Shown: piece after piece, positions 32,772 to 46,319 of the stretch
Position numbering within the stretch: position 1 is the stretch's first letter
Layout: every line of letters begins with the position of its first letter
Assembly: GCA_009928125.1 (NCBI GenBank)
Contig: RFVJ01000001.1
Location: forward strand, 4-64,003
Length of the DNA stretch: 64,000 bases
DNA from: Betaproteobacteria bacterium
GTDB lineage: Bacteria > Pseudomonadota > Gammaproteobacteria > Burkholderiales > Burkholderiaceae_C
Direction of reading: 5' to 3'
Notes under the pieces: generated by a model
Databases searched by the model: none
What the model saw: only the letters and a program-made list of their open reading frames with translations
What the model was told of the DNA's origin: nothing
Translations under genes and position numbers: made by a program

Positions 32772-35072
32772 TTAACGTTTTTTGCGGGGTGGCAAACCGG
32801 TGTGCTGCGTGAGCACCTGCCCTTTGCGGGGTGAACCACTGGGGGTGCTGTTCTTACGGCGTGCACTCTGATACTCGTCAGACAAAGGTTGCCACGTTGG
32901 AATGAGGTGGTGTTTGCCGTTGCCAATCAAATCTGCACGACCCATTGCCTTCAGAGCGTCCCGCAACAATGGCCAGTGATTGGCATCGTGGTATCGCAAA
33001 AAAGCTTTGTGCAATCGACGTCGTTTTTCACCTTTCACCACATCCACTTTTTCACTGTCGCGCGTCACTTTGCGCAGCGGATTGCGCGTGGTGTGGTACA
33101 TCGCCGTGGCGCTGGCCATGGGGCTGGGATAGAAAGTTTGCACTTGGTCTGCTCTGAAGCCATTTTTCTTGAGCCAGATGGCCAAGTTCATCATGTCTTC
33201 GTCGCTGGTGCCAGGATGTGCCGCAATGAAATAAGGCACCAAGAATTGTTTCTTGCCCGCTTCAGCGCTGAACTTGTCGAACATGCTTTTGAAGCGATCG
33301 TAAGTGCCAATGCCGGGCTTCATCATTTTGGACAATGGACCTGTTTCGGTGTGCTCGGGCGCAATTTTCAAATAACCACCGACATGGTGCGTCACCAACT
33401 CTTTGACATACTCTGGACTCTGGACGGCCAAGTCATAACGCAAACCAGAGCCAATCAAAATTTTCTTGATGCCCTTGATGCTGCGCGCTTTGCGGTACAT
33501 CTGAACCAAGGGGCCGTGGTCGGTGGTGAGGTTGCTGCAAATGCCGGGGAACACACAACTGGGCTTGCGACACGCCGCTTCGATCTCTGGACTTTTGCAG
33601 CCCAATCGGTACATGTTGGCAGTGGGGCCGCCTAAATCCGAAATGACACCCGTGAAGCCCTTGACTTTGTCCCGAATGTCCTCAATTTCTCGCAGCACAG
33701 AGGCTTCGCTGCGGCTTTGAATGATGCGCCCTTCGTGTTCGGTGATTGAACAGAACGTACAACCGCCAAAACAACCTCGCATGATGTTGACCGAGAAACG
33801 AATCATTTCCCAAGCCGGGATTTTGGTTGCACCATCGTGCGAACCATTCTCGTCTGCATAACTGGGATGCGGACTGCGGGCATAAGGCAAATCAAACACC
33901 GCGTCCATTTCAGCGGTGGTCAAAGGAATCGGTGGCGGTGTGATCCACACATCACGTGCTGTATGGTCGTCGCCATGGGCTTGAACCAAACAACGCGCAT
34001 TGCCCGGGTTGGTTTCCAGATGCAGCACGCGATTGGCATGGGCATACAAAACAGGATCGCTTTTGACTTGCTCATAACTGGGCAAGCGAATCACACTTCG
34101 ATCACGGGGCGGCACCTTGTGCAAGCCCTTGCCTTTGAGGGCAGGCAGGTTGGGGTTGGACACAAACTGAAGCGTTTGTTCTGTTTTCAAATTCGAAAGG
34201 TTGGCTTTGGCATTTTCTTGATTGGCCACAGCCTGTGCTTCGTCCTCACGGGCACAACTTGCACCATTGCTTTTGGCCTGCTCTGAAATCATCAAATAGG
34301 GGTTGACGTGCGCTTCGACATGCCCAGGCGAGTCGACAGTGGTTGAATCAATTTCAAACCAGCCCTCAGGGGTTTGACGACGCACAAACGCAGTGCCCCG
34401 AACATCCGTGATCTCTTGAACAGGGACTTTGGCGGCCAAACGGTGTGCAATTTCGACCACAGCGCGTTCGGCATTGCCGTACAACAACAAATCGCATTTG
34501 CTGTCGACCACGATGGAACGGCGTACCTTGTCTGACCAATAATCGTAGTGTGCAATGCGACGCAGTGAACCTTCGATGCCACCCAAAACAATTGGAACCT
34601 CAGGGAATGCTTCACGGCATCTTTGGCTGTAGACAATGGCAGCGCGGTCAGGGCGTTTGCCACCGACATCGCCAGGGGTGTAGGCATCGTCTGACCGAAT
34701 TTTGCGATCGGCGGTGTAACGGTTGATCATGGAGTCCATGTTGCCCGCCGTGACACCCCAGAACAAATTGGGTTTGCCCAAGACTTTGAAAGGCTCTGCG
34801 CTTTGCCAGTCTGGCTGCGCAATGATGCCGACCCTGAAGCCCTGAGCTTCCAGCATTCGACCGATCACAGCCATGCCAAAGCTGGGATGATCCACATAAG
34901 CATCGCCTGTGACCAAAATGATGTCACAACTGTCCCAACCCAGTTGGGTCATTTCTGCACGGCTCATGGGCAAAAATGGCGCCGTGCCAAAGCGCGCTGC
35001 CCAGAACTTGCGGTAACTGGTCAGGGGTTTCGCTTCACGCGGAAAAAAGGAGACATCGACAAAGGCGTTCAT
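32772..35072 (-). CDS. ygiQ: YgiQ family radical SAM protein
   Basis: [20 protein letters not shown] (CxxxCxxC), [18 protein letters not shown]. Confidence 0.93.
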   Translation of the reverse strand: MNAFVDVSFFPREAKPLTSYRKFWAARFGTAPFLPMSRAEMTQLGWDSCDIILVTGDAYVDHPSFGMAVIGRMLEAQGFRVGIIAQPDWQSAEPFKVLGKPNLFWGVTAGNMDSMINRYTADRKIRSDDAYTPGDVGGKRPDRAAIVYSQRCREAFPEVPIVLGGIEGSLRRIAHYDYWSDKVRRSIVVDSKCDLLLYGNAERAVVEIAHRLAAKVPVQEITDVRGTAFVRRQTPEGWFEIDSTTVDSPGHVEAHVNPYLMISEQAKSNGASCAREDEAQAVANQENAKANLSNLKTEQTLQFVSNPNLPALKGKGLHKVPPRDRSVIRLPSYEQVKSDPVLYAHANRVLHLETNPGNARCLVQAHGDDHTARDVWITPPPIPLTTAEMDAVFDLPYARSPHPSYADENGSHDGATKIPAWEMIRFSVNIMRGCFGGCTFCSITEHEGRIIQSRSEASVLREIEDIRDKVKGFTGVISDLGGPTANMYRLGCKSPEIEAACRKPSCVFPGICSNLTTDHGPLVQMYRKARSIKGIKKILIGSGLRYDLAVQSPEYVKELVTHHVGGYLKIAPEHTETGPLSKMMKPGIGTYDRFKSMFDKFSAEAGKKQFLVPYFIAAHPGTSDEDMMNLAIWLKKNGFRADQVQTFYPSPMASATAMYHTTRNPLRKVTRDSEKVDVVKGEKRRRLHKAFLRYHDANHWPLLRDALKAMGRADLIGNGKHHLIPTWQPLSDEYQSARRKNSTPSGSPRKGQVLTQHTGLPPRKKR

Positions 35073-35160
35073 GAACCGATCTGGAGAGGAATACCCCGAG
35101 TTTAGGGCCTCCGCAGGGTCAGTGCCGGTTGAAAGGTCTTTCTCGGCCGATAATGAAGCC

Positions 35161-35772
35161 ATGCCCATGACATTGCAAGCGCCGGTTGACCATGAACTGG
35201 TCATCAAAAAAAGCCGGTTTTTAGCCCGCGTTCAGCCCATCAAAAATCGATCAGAAGCACAGGCAATTGTGTGGCAACTGAAGCAAGCCCACCCTGATGC
35301 CGTTCATGTTTGCTGGGCCATGTTGGCCGGAGGTGACTCTGCGGCCCAAGACGATGGTGAACCCAGTGGCACTGCGGGAAGGCCGATGCTGGAGGTCTTG
35401 CGGCATCAAGACTTGGACGGTGTTGTGGCCACGGTGGTTCGCTATTTTGGGGGCATCAAACTGGGCGCAGGCGGCTTGGTCAGAGCCTATACCGATGCTG
35501 TGGCACAAGCCCTTCTGCGGGCTGAAAAGTCACCCATCATCCCAAAAATTGAACTGACCTGTTGGGTCCCCTATGACATGGAGGGCTGGCTTCGACGGCA
35601 AGCACAATTGGCAGAAGTCAGCATCTTGCGTGTCAGTCATGAAAGTTTGGTTCAGTTTGTGCTGGAAATTTCCAAGGTTCAGTCATTGACATGGCAACAG
35701 ACCCTGAACGATTTGGGGCAAGGCAAACTGGTCTGGGATGACGCAAAAACAGATTCAAGCTCTCAAGGATAA
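35161..35772 (+). CDS. yigZ: YigZ/IMPACT family protein
   Basis: [38 protein letters not shown]. Confidence 0.93.
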   Translation: MPMTLQAPVDHELVIKKSRFLARVQPIKNRSEAQAIVWQLKQAHPDAVHVCWAMLAGGDSAAQDDGEPSGTAGRPMLEVLRHQDLDGVVATVVRYFGGIKLGAGGLVRAYTDAVAQALLRAEKSPIIPKIELTCWVPYDMEGWLRRQAQLAEVSILRVSHESLVQFVLEISKVQSLTWQQTLNDLGQGKLVWDDAKTDSSSQG

Positions 35773-35779
35773 TCAGCGC

Positions 35780-36382
35780 ATGACCTCTGAAGAATCTGAA
35801 ATTCGTTTGCCCCAATCGAAGACCGAGCTTTTTGTGGCGTTCACCCAGATGGCCTTGCAAGGCGTTGGCGGCGTGTTGGTCATTGTTCAACACGAATTGG
35901 TGAATCGGCGAAAGTGGTTGACGCAGGCGCAATTTGTAGAAGAGTGGTCTGTGGCCCAAGTCATGCCAGGCCCCAATGTGGTTAACCTGTGTTTGATTTT
36001 GGGTGGGAAGTATTTTGGCGTTGCAGGTGCATTGGCTGCCGTCAGTGGCCTGATCTTGGCGCCTATGCTGTTGGTCTTGACTTTGGCCATTTTGTTTGGT
36101 GGCGTGTCTGACAGTGCTGTTGCGCAAGGTGCTCTCAAAGGCATGGGCGCTGTCTCGGGCGGCTTGATCATGGCAACAGGCTTAAAGCTCTCCAAAACAC
36201 TGCCTCAGAGCCCACTGGGTCTTTGGCTTGCCATTGTCTTTGCGGTCATCACATTCACAGCGGTCGGCATTTTCAGAGTCCCATTGATTGGGGTTTTGCT
36301 CGGCTTAGGGCTTCTCGCTTGTCTGCTGACATACCGCGCTTTGGGCAGGGCCGCACAGCGGGATGAAGGTGACGCCAAATGA
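35780..36382 (+). CDS. short-chain chromate transporter (CHR family), subunit 1
   Basis: ALQGVGG, WLT..QF, AQVMPGPN; hydrophobic. Confidence 0.9.
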   Translation: MTSEESEIRLPQSKTELFVAFTQMALQGVGGVLVIVQHELVNRRKWLTQAQFVEEWSVAQVMPGPNVVNLCLILGGKYFGVAGALAAVSGLILAPMLLVLTLAILFGGVSDSAVAQGALKGMGAVSGGLIMATGLKLSKTLPQSPLGLWLAIVFAVITFTAVGIFRVPLIGVLLGLGLLACLLTYRALGRAAQRDEGDAK

Positions 36383-36981
36383 ACGAGGTCTTGAATTTAA
36401 GCCCGCAAGATTGGCTGAGCCTCTTTACCCACTTTGCATTGCTGTCCTTGCTGGGTGTCGGCGGTGCCATTACCACCGCGCCAGAAATGCATCGGTATTT
36501 GGTCGACGAAAAGAATTGGCTGACCGATGCCTCCTTCTCTTCCTCCATTGCATTGGCCCAGTCTGCGCCTGGACCCAATGTGCTGTTTGTGGCCTTGATG
36601 GGGTGGAACATCGGCCTCCGCGCTGGTGGTGGCTTGTCAGCAGGCCCGCTAGCTTGGGCCCTGGGCATGATGGGCGTGCTCATCACCATGGTGGGCATCA
36701 TGCTGCCCTCCTCCATCCTGACCTACAAAGCCACGCAGTGGACCCATCAAAATCGGGATTTGCGTTCTGTGCGTGCCTTCAAATCAGGCATGGCCCCCAT
36801 TGTGATTGGCTTGCTGGTCTCAACAGGTTGGTTGTTGTCGGCCGCCCACCATGACTTTCAGCAAGATTGGAAAGTATGGTTGGTCACCGCGGCTGCAACC
36901 GTGTTGATGCTCAAAACCAATTTACATCTGCTGTGGATGATTGCCATTGGCGGCGTTTTGGGCGGCGCAGGACTGCTTTAA
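36379..36981 (+). CDS. short-chain chromate transporter (CHR family), subunit 2
   Basis: [22 protein letters not shown]; ATGA coupling to subunit 1. Confidence 0.9.
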   Translation: MNEVLNLSPQDWLSLFTHFALLSLLGVGGAITTAPEMHRYLVDEKNWLTDASFSSSIALAQSAPGPNVLFVALMGWNIGLRAGGGLSAGPLAWALGMMGVLITMVGIMLPSSILTYKATQWTHQNRDLRSVRAFKSGMAPIVIGLLVSTGWLLSAAHHDFQQDWKVWLVTAAATVLMLKTNLHLLWMIAIGGVLGGAGLL

Positions 36982-37715
36982 GCCAAGCGTTGGCGCACGG
37001 CCTCAAACAAGCAAACGCCGCTGGCCACAGACACGTTCAGGCTTTCCACCGCGCCTTGCATCGGGATGCTGACCAGTTCATCGCAGGTTTTGCGCGTTAG
37101 ATGGCGCATGCCCGGACCTTCGGCACCCAGCACCAAAGCAACAGGTGCTTTGAGGTCAACTTGAAAAATATTTTTAGACGCATCGCCGCTGGTTCCAATG
37201 ACCCAAATGGCGCGCTCCTTCAACTCACCCAAGGTGCGTGCCAAATTGGTCACCATGAAATAAGGCACCGTCTCAGCGGCACCACTGGCCACTTTGGCCA
37301 CTGTGGCATTGATGCCTGCAGCATGGTCCTTTGGTGCAATGACGGCATGCGCACCCGCGCCATCGGCAACACGCAAACAGGCACCTAAATTATGAGGATC
37401 GGTCACACCATCCAACACCAGCAGCAAAGGTGGCCCTTGCACTTGATCGAGCAAATCGTCAAGCGAATGCGCTTGGGGCAGCGTTTCTACGCGTGCAGCA
37501 ACCCCCTGATGGCCATGGCTTCCTGCCAATTTGGCCAATCGCATGCTGTCTGCCTCAATGAGTCGGACACCGGCTTCTTGCGCGCGTTCAATGAACTGGC
37601 GCATGCGAGCATCGCGACGTGTGGACTCGAAATAAATTTCAACAATGGATTGCGGTGCCGTTTTCAAACGAACACCCACGGCATGAAAACCGAACAGAAC
37701 TTTGGGAGATGACAT
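36978..37715 (-). CDS. rlmB: 23S rRNA (Gm2251) 2'-O-methyltransferase
   Basis: [30 protein letters not shown] (SpoU family). Confidence 0.95.
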   Translation of the reverse strand: MSSPKVLFGFHAVGVRLKTAPQSIVEIYFESTRRDARMRQFIERAQEAGVRLIEADSMRLAKLAGSHGHQGVAARVETLPQAHSLDDLLDQVQGPPLLLVLDGVTDPHNLGACLRVADGAGAHAVIAPKDHAAGINATVAKVASGAAETVPYFMVTNLARTLGELKERAIWVIGTSGDASKNIFQVDLKAPVALVLGAEGPGMRHLTRKTCDELVSIPMQGAVESLNVSVASGVCLFEAVRQRLA

Positions 37716-37723
37716 GCGCCCAA

Positions 37724-38401
37724 TTATCCTTGGGATATGAGTTGTCCGGCTTGCAAAGTGAGCGTTCGATGACAGCGCTGGGCCAATTTCTGATCGTGCG
37801 TGACCAAAATGAGCGTGGTTCCTCTGGCTTGATTCATGGAAAGCATCAAATCCATGATGCTTTCACCAGTTTGCGCATCCAGACTGCCTGTTGGCTCATC
37901 GGCCAACAAAAGCTGAGGCTGCACCACAAAAGCCCTTGCCAAAGCCACCCGTTGTTGCTCCCCACCGCTCAGCACCTTGGGGAAATGCGTCAAACGCTGC
38001 GACAAGCCGACTTGCGTCAAGATGTCCTTGGCCAAACGCGCTGCTTCTCGATGTCCCGCCAGTTCCAGCGGCAACATGACGTTTTCGAGCGCCGTCAAAT
38101 GGCCCATGAGTTGAAAATTCTGAAAAACGAAGCCCAACTGCTGACCGCGCCAAGCTGCGCGCTCGTCTTCTGACATGTCAAACAAAGATTTGCCAGCCAA
38201 AGTGACACACCCTTCGGTAGGCGTGTCCAAGCCTGCCATCAAAGACAACAATGTGCTTTTTCCAGAGCCTGACGCACCCAAAATGGCCACAGTCTCCCCT
38301 GCTTCGACGGTGAAATCAATATCACGCAAAATAGACAAGGTTCCACTGACATCCTGTACGGTTTTACTGACGTGCTGGATTGAAATGATTGTTTCTGACA
38401 T
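37724..38401 (-). CDS. ABC transporter ATP-binding protein (YbbA/LolD-like)
   Basis: [28 protein letters not shown]; divergent from tesA. Confidence 0.92.
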   Translation of the reverse strand: MSETIISIQHVSKTVQDVSGTLSILRDIDFTVEAGETVAILGASGSGKSTLLSLMAGLDTPTEGCVTLAGKSLFDMSEDERAAWRGQQLGFVFQNFQLMGHLTALENVMLPLELAGHREAARLAKDILTQVGLSQRLTHFPKVLSGGEQQRVALARAFVVQPQLLLADEPTGSLDAQTGESIMDLMLSMNQARGTTLILVTHDQKLAQRCHRTLTLQAGQLISQG

Positions 38402-39086
38402 GCACCTACCTTCTTTGAGATTACGCGACTTTAACCGCCTTGTTGTGGGCTTGTTGGCCATGGGTTTATCTGCTGGGATGAGCTTTGCGCAATTGCGCAC
38501 ACCCACGACGCCGACCACCGCCCCCAAAGTCTTGATTCTGGGCGACTCCTTGAGTGCCGAATATGGGTTGACGCGCGGTACCGGTTGGGTCGATCAAATG
38601 GCGCAGCAAGCTCAGCGCGAATCGGTGGCCGTTCAGTTGATCAATGCCAGCATCAGCGGTGACACCACCTCGGGGGGCGTGACGCGACTGCCCTCACTGC
38701 TCAAACTTCACCAACCCCATGTGGTGATCATTGAGTTGGGGGGAAACGATGCCTTGCGTGGCTTGGACATGAACCTGACCCAAGCCAATTTATTGACCAT
38801 GATCAACGCAAGCCAAGCGACGGGCGCCAAGGTGATGGTCATCGCCATGCAAGTCCCACCCAACTACGGTGCCAATTACCTCAAGCAAATGTCAGCGGCC
38901 TACGAGAAAGTGAGCAAGACGACAGGCGCGACCTTGAACCAGCAGTTTCTCAAAGGTGTGGCAGACGACCCCGATCCTTTGAAATGGTTTCAAGCGGACC
39001 GCATTCATCCCAACGAAAAAGCACAGCCCTTGATGATGAAAAATGTGTGGCCACAGCTGAGAAAAATGCTGCAGGCCAAGCCTTGA
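38400..39086 (+). CDS. tesA: arylesterase / acyl-CoA thioesterase I (SGNH)
   Basis: GDSLS, NASISGDT, ELGGND, DRIHP; signal peptide; exact start uncertain. Confidence 0.9.
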   Translation: MHLPSLRLRDFNRLVVGLLAMGLSAGMSFAQLRTPTTPTTAPKVLILGDSLSAEYGLTRGTGWVDQMAQQAQRESVAVQLINASISGDTTSGGVTRLPSLLKLHQPHVVIIELGGNDALRGLDMNLTQANLLTMINASQATGAKVMVIAMQVPPNYGANYLKQMSAAYEKVSKTTGATLNQQFLKGVADDPDPLKWFQADRIHPNEKAQPLMMKNVWPQLRKMLQAKP

Positions 39087-39100
39087 ATGGCAGATGCAAA

Positions 39101-39286
39101 TCAGGGCTGCGGCATTGGAGGCTGAGGCGCATGGGGATCTGAATCTAGACCTTGCCCTGAGCCTTGAGACTCGGTGTCGGGTGAATCCAATTTGCGCTCA
39201 GCTTTGGCTTTGAGTTTGTCTTCTTTCTTGCGCTTCTTCGCCAATTCTTTTTGACGTTTTTCGTAGCCGTAATTGGGTGTTGCCAA
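39101..39286 (-). CDS. small Lys/Glu-rich hypothetical protein
   Basis: 61 aa, TTG start, PNYGYEKRQKELAKKRKKEDK; fills the tesA-metC gap. Confidence 0.7.
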   Translation of the reverse strand: MATPNYGYEKRQKELAKKRKKEDKLKAKAERKLDSPDTESQGSGQGLDSDPHAPQPPMPQP

Positions 39287-39350
39287 GATGTTACTTTCTA
39301 ATGAATGACATCCACTGTATCAGTTTGCCATCCCGCTCTTGGCAAATGCC

Positions 39351-40540
39351 TCAAATATTCAAGCAGCGTGCAGCGGCTTGTGACAAATCAGCCAACAAAT
39401 CATCGGCAGATTCAAATCCCGTGGAAAAACGAACCAAAAAGCCTGGCTTCAACTGCGATGGCCAACCTGAGCGCATGCTGGCAATGTTGTAAGGCACCAC
39501 CAAGCTCACAGGGCCGCCCCAGCTGTAGCCAATTTTGAAGCGCTTCAAAGTGTCGCAAAACGCATCCACTTGGGCTTGTGTCAGCTTGGGGCTGAGCATG
39601 ACACTGAAAAGCCCCGCGGCAAGACCTGCCCCCCCATCAGGGGCACACAAAGCTTTCCAGTTGGCGTGGCCGGGTGAGCCTTCCAAGGCGGGATGCATGA
39701 CTTGCACACACGCCGCTTGGGATTGCCACCATGCAGCCAATTTGCGCGCCGTTTGATCTTGCGCTTCATAGCGCAAGGTGATGGTCGGCAAGGAGCGCAA
39801 AATTGACTCCACATCGTTAGGGCCCACGCAAATGCCCAGACGCATCATGGTGAGCTTGAGTTTCATGGCCAAAGCATCGTCACGGGTCATGACGCTGCCC
39901 ATCAGAACGTCGCCACCACCACTGGGGTACTTGGTCAATGCATGGGCTGTCATGTCAACAGACAGGCTGCCGTCGCCCAACAAATCAAAGGGTCTGAATG
40001 CCAAGCCCGCCCCCCAAGTGTTGTCCAATGCCGTGATCACTGCGTGCGACTTGCATGTTTGAACCAAGGCAATGAGGTTGGGAAACTCCATGCTGACGGA
40101 GCCAGGTGCCTCAAGCCAGACCAACTTGGTATTGGCTTGAATTTTGGTTGCCAGATCTTGGGGGTTCATGGCATCGTAGTAGGTGTGGGTTTGTTGGGGC
40201 CATACGAATTGTCTGGCAAGAGCACATGATCGCCCGTTTTGAGAACGGCGAATGCGGCCACCGCCAAAGCCGACAATCCACTCGGCGTAAGCACGCAATG
40301 TTTGCCGCCTTCTAAGGTGCAAAGGCGCTCTTCCAGGGTGAAGGATGAGGGGGTGCCGTGAGTGCCGTAGGTGTAGGCTGATTTGTCTTTCCACTCCCGC
40401 TGGCGCATGGCGGCCACATTGGGAAAGAAAACCGTTGAGGCTTTGAAAATGCCCGGCTGAGGGGCTTGAAACTCAGCCGGTGGCGTGTAGCCGTGATGGA
40501 TCAGTTGGGTTGAGGTGTGGGATGTGTTTTTTTCGGACAT
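39351..40540 (-). pseudogene. metC: cystathionine beta-lyase (PLP), interrupted by a short deletion/frameshift at ~40190
   Basis: KASTV, YGTHGTP, PSGL, DNSYGPNK, then out of frame THTYYD...WLEAPGS, DNTW, ALTKY, GYSWGG. Confidence 0.88.
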
Positions 40541-40555
40541 CCCATCATCCTAACT

Positions 40556-41080
40556 TCAGACCTTCCATTTTTCCATCAATTTTTGGGGGTTGAGGCTGTC
40601 ATAGCCTTCAAAGGGTTGGTGAATCCAAGGGTTGGTTGGCAGGTAGTCAACCGAATAGTCGGGCTGGAAACCTGAAACACCTTTGGTCCAAATGACCGCC
40701 GTGCGCAATTCGGTGATGGGCTTGTAATTGGTTTTCAGCATGTTGACCACAGCATTCAAGGTGTGACCGGAGTCAGCCAAATCGTCCACCAACAAAACAC
40801 GGCCAGCAATTTCGCCTTTGGGCGTGGTGATGAAGCGTGCAATGTCCAAATGGCCTTGAACCGTGCCCGCATCGGCGCGGTATGAGCTGGTCGACATGAT
40901 GGCCAAGGGCTTGTCAAAAATGCGCGACAAAATATCGCCAGGACGCATGCCACCGCGTGCCAAACACAAGATGGTGTCAAATTCCCAGCCGGACTGATGG
41001 ACCTTGAGGGCCAACTTTTCAATCAGGTTGTGGTACTCGTCATAGCTTACGTACAAGTGTTTGCCGTCTTCGGTCAGCAT
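40556..41080 (-). CDS. purine phosphoribosyltransferase family protein
   Basis: LARGG, VLLVDDLADSGHT PRPP motif; downstream of purA. Confidence 0.9.
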   Translation of the reverse strand: MLTEDGKHLYVSYDEYHNLIEKLALKVHQSGWEFDTILCLARGGMRPGDILSRIFDKPLAIMSTSSYRADAGTVQGHLDIARFITTPKGEIAGRVLLVDDLADSGHTLNAVVNMLKTNYKPITELRTAVIWTKGVSGFQPDYSVDYLPTNPWIHQPFEGYDSLNPQKLMEKWKV

Positions 41081-41141
41081 GAATGTTCTCCAATGGTTTG
41101 TTCACGGCACATGGCTGTGCAATGAGGTGTTGATAATTGAA

Positions 41142-43693
<2,552 letters not shown>

Positions 43694-43743
43694 GGCAAAT
43701 AAGGGGGCTGTTAAAACAAGGATTTTACCGGTTCAAACAGGGT

Positions 43744-43935
43744 CTAAATGAGCCAAATCAAAAGAAAGGCCCCCAGCATGACGATGCCGAGGCCAAAAAA
43801 CCGAATCTGACCGTCTTGGAGTTGCAACAACTGGGTGAACATTTCACGCCAACGGGTGGGTGAAATGAGGGGCAAAAGCCCCTCCAAAATCAAAACCAGG
43901 GCGATTGCCGCCAAGAGGGAAGCACCAAAATCCAC
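43744..43935 (-). CDS. DUF2065 (YjeT-like) membrane protein
   Basis: ALVLILEG..P..P..WR, GQIRFFG; GTG start right after hflC. Confidence 0.9.
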   Translation of the reverse strand: MDFGASLLAAIALVLILEGLLPLISPTRWREMFTQLLQLQDGQIRFFGLGIVMLGAFLLIWLI

Positions 43936-44847
43936 TTATTTCTTAGCAGGTGCCGCAGCAGGTGCAGGGCTGGTGTTACCGCGCATGGTTTTGAAAAAGT
44001 CCAGATTGCCTGGGTCCAAGACCATGACATCGCTCTTTTTGGCAAAGCTGGCTTTGTAGGCATCCAAGCTGCGATAAAACTGTGCAAATTGAGGATCTCG
44101 ACCAAAAGCTTCGTTGTAGATGCGAGCCGCTTGTGAATCGCCCTGCCCCTTGATCTTTTGAGCTTCGCGATAAGCATTGGCAATGGTCACTTCGCGTTGC
44201 CGGTCGGCATCGGCTCGGATTTTTTCGCCCTCAGCAGCACCCGTGGAGCGAAGTTCATTGGCAACGCGTTTGCGTTCGGCTTCCATTCGACGGTAGACAG
44301 ACTCCGTGATGGCATCGACATAATCAGCACGGGTGATGCGCACATCCACCACGTCAACGCCCCAAGGCTTGTCCCCACGAACCTTCTCCAAGACTTCACG
44401 CTTGACGTCGTTCATGAGGGCATCACGGCTCAATGACAACAAATCTTTGACCGTGCGTTTGTTGATTTCCTCTTGAAAAGCGTTGCGAACCACCCGGTTC
44501 AATTGGTTGGCACCCGATTTTTCATCCAGGCCCACATTGCGGATGTAGGCCATTGGATCGGTGATGCGCCATCGCACGTACCAGTCAATGACCACACGCT
44601 GCTTTTCTGCAGTCAGCATGGGTTCAGTGTCTGGACTGTCCAAAGTTAACAAACGCTTGTCAATGTAAGTGACATTTTGAAGGGGTGGCGGCAATTTGAT
44701 GTTCAAACCCGGCTCGGTAATCACTTCCTTGATTTGACCCAGCGCGTACACCACACCAAATTGGCGTTGGTCTACCACGAACAACATTGAACTGGCCAAG
44801 GCCAAGACCAGCAAAAGGGACGAAACCCATATTCCGATTCGATTCAT
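43936..44847 (-). CDS. hflC: protease modulator HflC
   Basis: N-terminal TM, SPFH domain, RMEAER, FYRSLDAY. Confidence 0.96.
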   Translation of the reverse strand: MNRIGIWVSSLLLVLALASSMLFVVDQRQFGVVYALGQIKEVITEPGLNIKLPPPLQNVTYIDKRLLTLDSPDTEPMLTAEKQRVVIDWYVRWRITDPMAYIRNVGLDEKSGANQLNRVVRNAFQEEINKRTVKDLLSLSRDALMNDVKREVLEKVRGDKPWGVDVVDVRITRADYVDAITESVYRRMEAERKRVANELRSTGAAEGEKIRADADRQREVTIANAYREAQKIKGQGDSQAARIYNEAFGRDPQFAQFYRSLDAYKASFAKKSDVMVLDPGNLDFFKTMRGNTSPAPAAAPAKK

Positions 44848-44859
44848 TTTGCGAAGTCC

Positions 44860-46263
44860 TTAACGATTATCACGGTCGCGAGAGCGCAAACTGTCTCGAG
44901 ATCTTGGGTCAACTGGTGGCGCAACGGGTGCAGGTGTCACAGTCGCAGGATTGCCATTGGCATTCGTTTCGGTTGAAGCGCTGGGTGCCAAGGGCGAACT
45001 GGTCACTTGCATCAATTTGTCCAAGGGCAAGTACATCAAGTTGGACCCCTGTTTGCTGTCCACCACCACCTTGGTGACGTTGGTATAGATCTGCTGCATG
45101 GCATCGAGGTACATGCGGTCGCGCGTCACTTGGGGCGCTTTTTGATACTCAGGCAATACCGCTTTGAAGCGTTGTGCATCACCCTCAGCCTGCGCCACGA
45201 TTCGCTCGCGATAAGCTTGCGACTCCTCTTTCAGGCGGGATGCTGCACCCACGGCACGGGGCACCACATCGTTGGCGTAAGCTTGCGCCTCGTTCTTCGC
45301 ACGCTCACGTTCTTGTCCCGCTTTGAGCACATCGTCGAATGCAGCTTGCACTTGCTCAGGTGGACGGACACCCCCTTGCTGCAAGTTGATGCCGACCACT
45401 TCAATGCCCACTTTGTAACGGTCCAGAATGTTTTGCATCAACGCGCGAACCCGCGGTGCAATTTGATCTCGCTCTTCAGCAAGGGCTGAATCCATCTTCA
45501 TTTTGCCGACCACCTCACGCACAGCAGTTTCCGCCGCTTGCACCACGGCTTCTGTGGGGTTTTTGCTTTCAAACAAATAGGCACGTGCATCGTTCAAACG
45601 GTATTGCACAGCAAATTTAATTTCCACGATGTTTTCATCTTCCGTCAGCATGGCGGATTCGCGCAAACCGGTGGCCTTGATGACATTGTCTCGACCGATG
45701 TCAACGGATCGAATTTGCGTCACAAACACCAACTCGTGCTTTTGGATGGGGTAAGGCAAGCGCCAGTTGAAACCAGCGCCGACAGTGGCTTTGTACTTGC
45801 CAAACTGCGTGATCACTGCTTGCTGACCCTCTTGCACAATGAAGAAGCCTGTGCCCATCCAGATCAGCAACAAAGCACCCAAAATGACGCCGACGCCCAA
45901 ATTTCTGAAAACAGGTGGGATGCCGTTCGGAGAAGAACCGTTAGGCGGGCCTTTGTGAGAGGGGCCACCGTTTTTACCGCCCAAGAACTGAGACAGCTTG
46001 CGGTTCAGATCACGCCATAACTCGTCCAAATCTGGGGGGCCTGATTGAACGCCAGGTCGGTTGGACGATGAGCCAGAAGGGTTCCCATGGGGAGGCTGCG
46101 ACTGGCCTGAACCAGAAGGAGTTGCAGAGGGTGTCGAGCCCTCTTGCCCCTCTTGAGAGGGTTTGTCGTCACCACGACCCCAACGCGGGTCGTTCAAATT
46201 GAACATGCCGCGAATGCGTTGCGGAAGAGCTGTCCAGCCTAAAGCACGGGGATTAAAGTTCAT
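44860..46263 (-). CDS. hflK: FtsH protease modulator HflK
   Basis: GPPDLDELWR, MLTEDENIV, PPEQVQAAFDD, RDRMYLD. Confidence 0.96.
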   Translation of the reverse strand: MNFNPRALGWTALPQRIRGMFNLNDPRWGRGDDKPSQEGQEGSTPSATPSGSGQSQPPHGNPSGSSSNRPGVQSGPPDLDELWRDLNRKLSQFLGGKNGGPSHKGPPNGSSPNGIPPVFRNLGVGVILGALLLIWMGTGFFIVQEGQQAVITQFGKYKATVGAGFNWRLPYPIQKHELVFVTQIRSVDIGRDNVIKATGLRESAMLTEDENIVEIKFAVQYRLNDARAYLFESKNPTEAVVQAAETAVREVVGKMKMDSALAEERDQIAPRVRALMQNILDRYKVGIEVVGINLQQGGVRPPEQVQAAFDDVLKAGQERERAKNEAQAYANDVVPRAVGAASRLKEESQAYRERIVAQAEGDAQRFKAVLPEYQKAPQVTRDRMYLDAMQQIYTNVTKVVVDSKQGSNLMYLPLDKLMQVTSSPLAPSASTETNANGNPATVTPAPVAPPVDPRSRDSLRSRDRDNR

Positions 46264-46319
46264 TTGTTTTTCTAGCTGATTGTTCTGCTTGCGCTCATTG
46301 TGCCCAAACCCAATGGCAA

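Noticed and set aside
35780-36981. Chromate transporter pair as a split gene or acquired resistance island
   Set aside because: Tandem short-chain CHR pairs are a known natural architecture, and there are no mobility genes or obvious compositional shift.
4798-40195. Programmed ribosomal frameshifting or RNA editing as the explanation for the split genes
   Set aside because: Conserved residues are physically missing at each junction, so a frameshift alone would not restore the proteins. There is also no shared slippery heptamer.
4798-40195. Excised mobile elements or a common recombination site at the nine junctions
   Set aside because: The junction sequences share no motif that I can see, host coding sequence is lost rather than gained, and there is no recombinase or transposase in the window.
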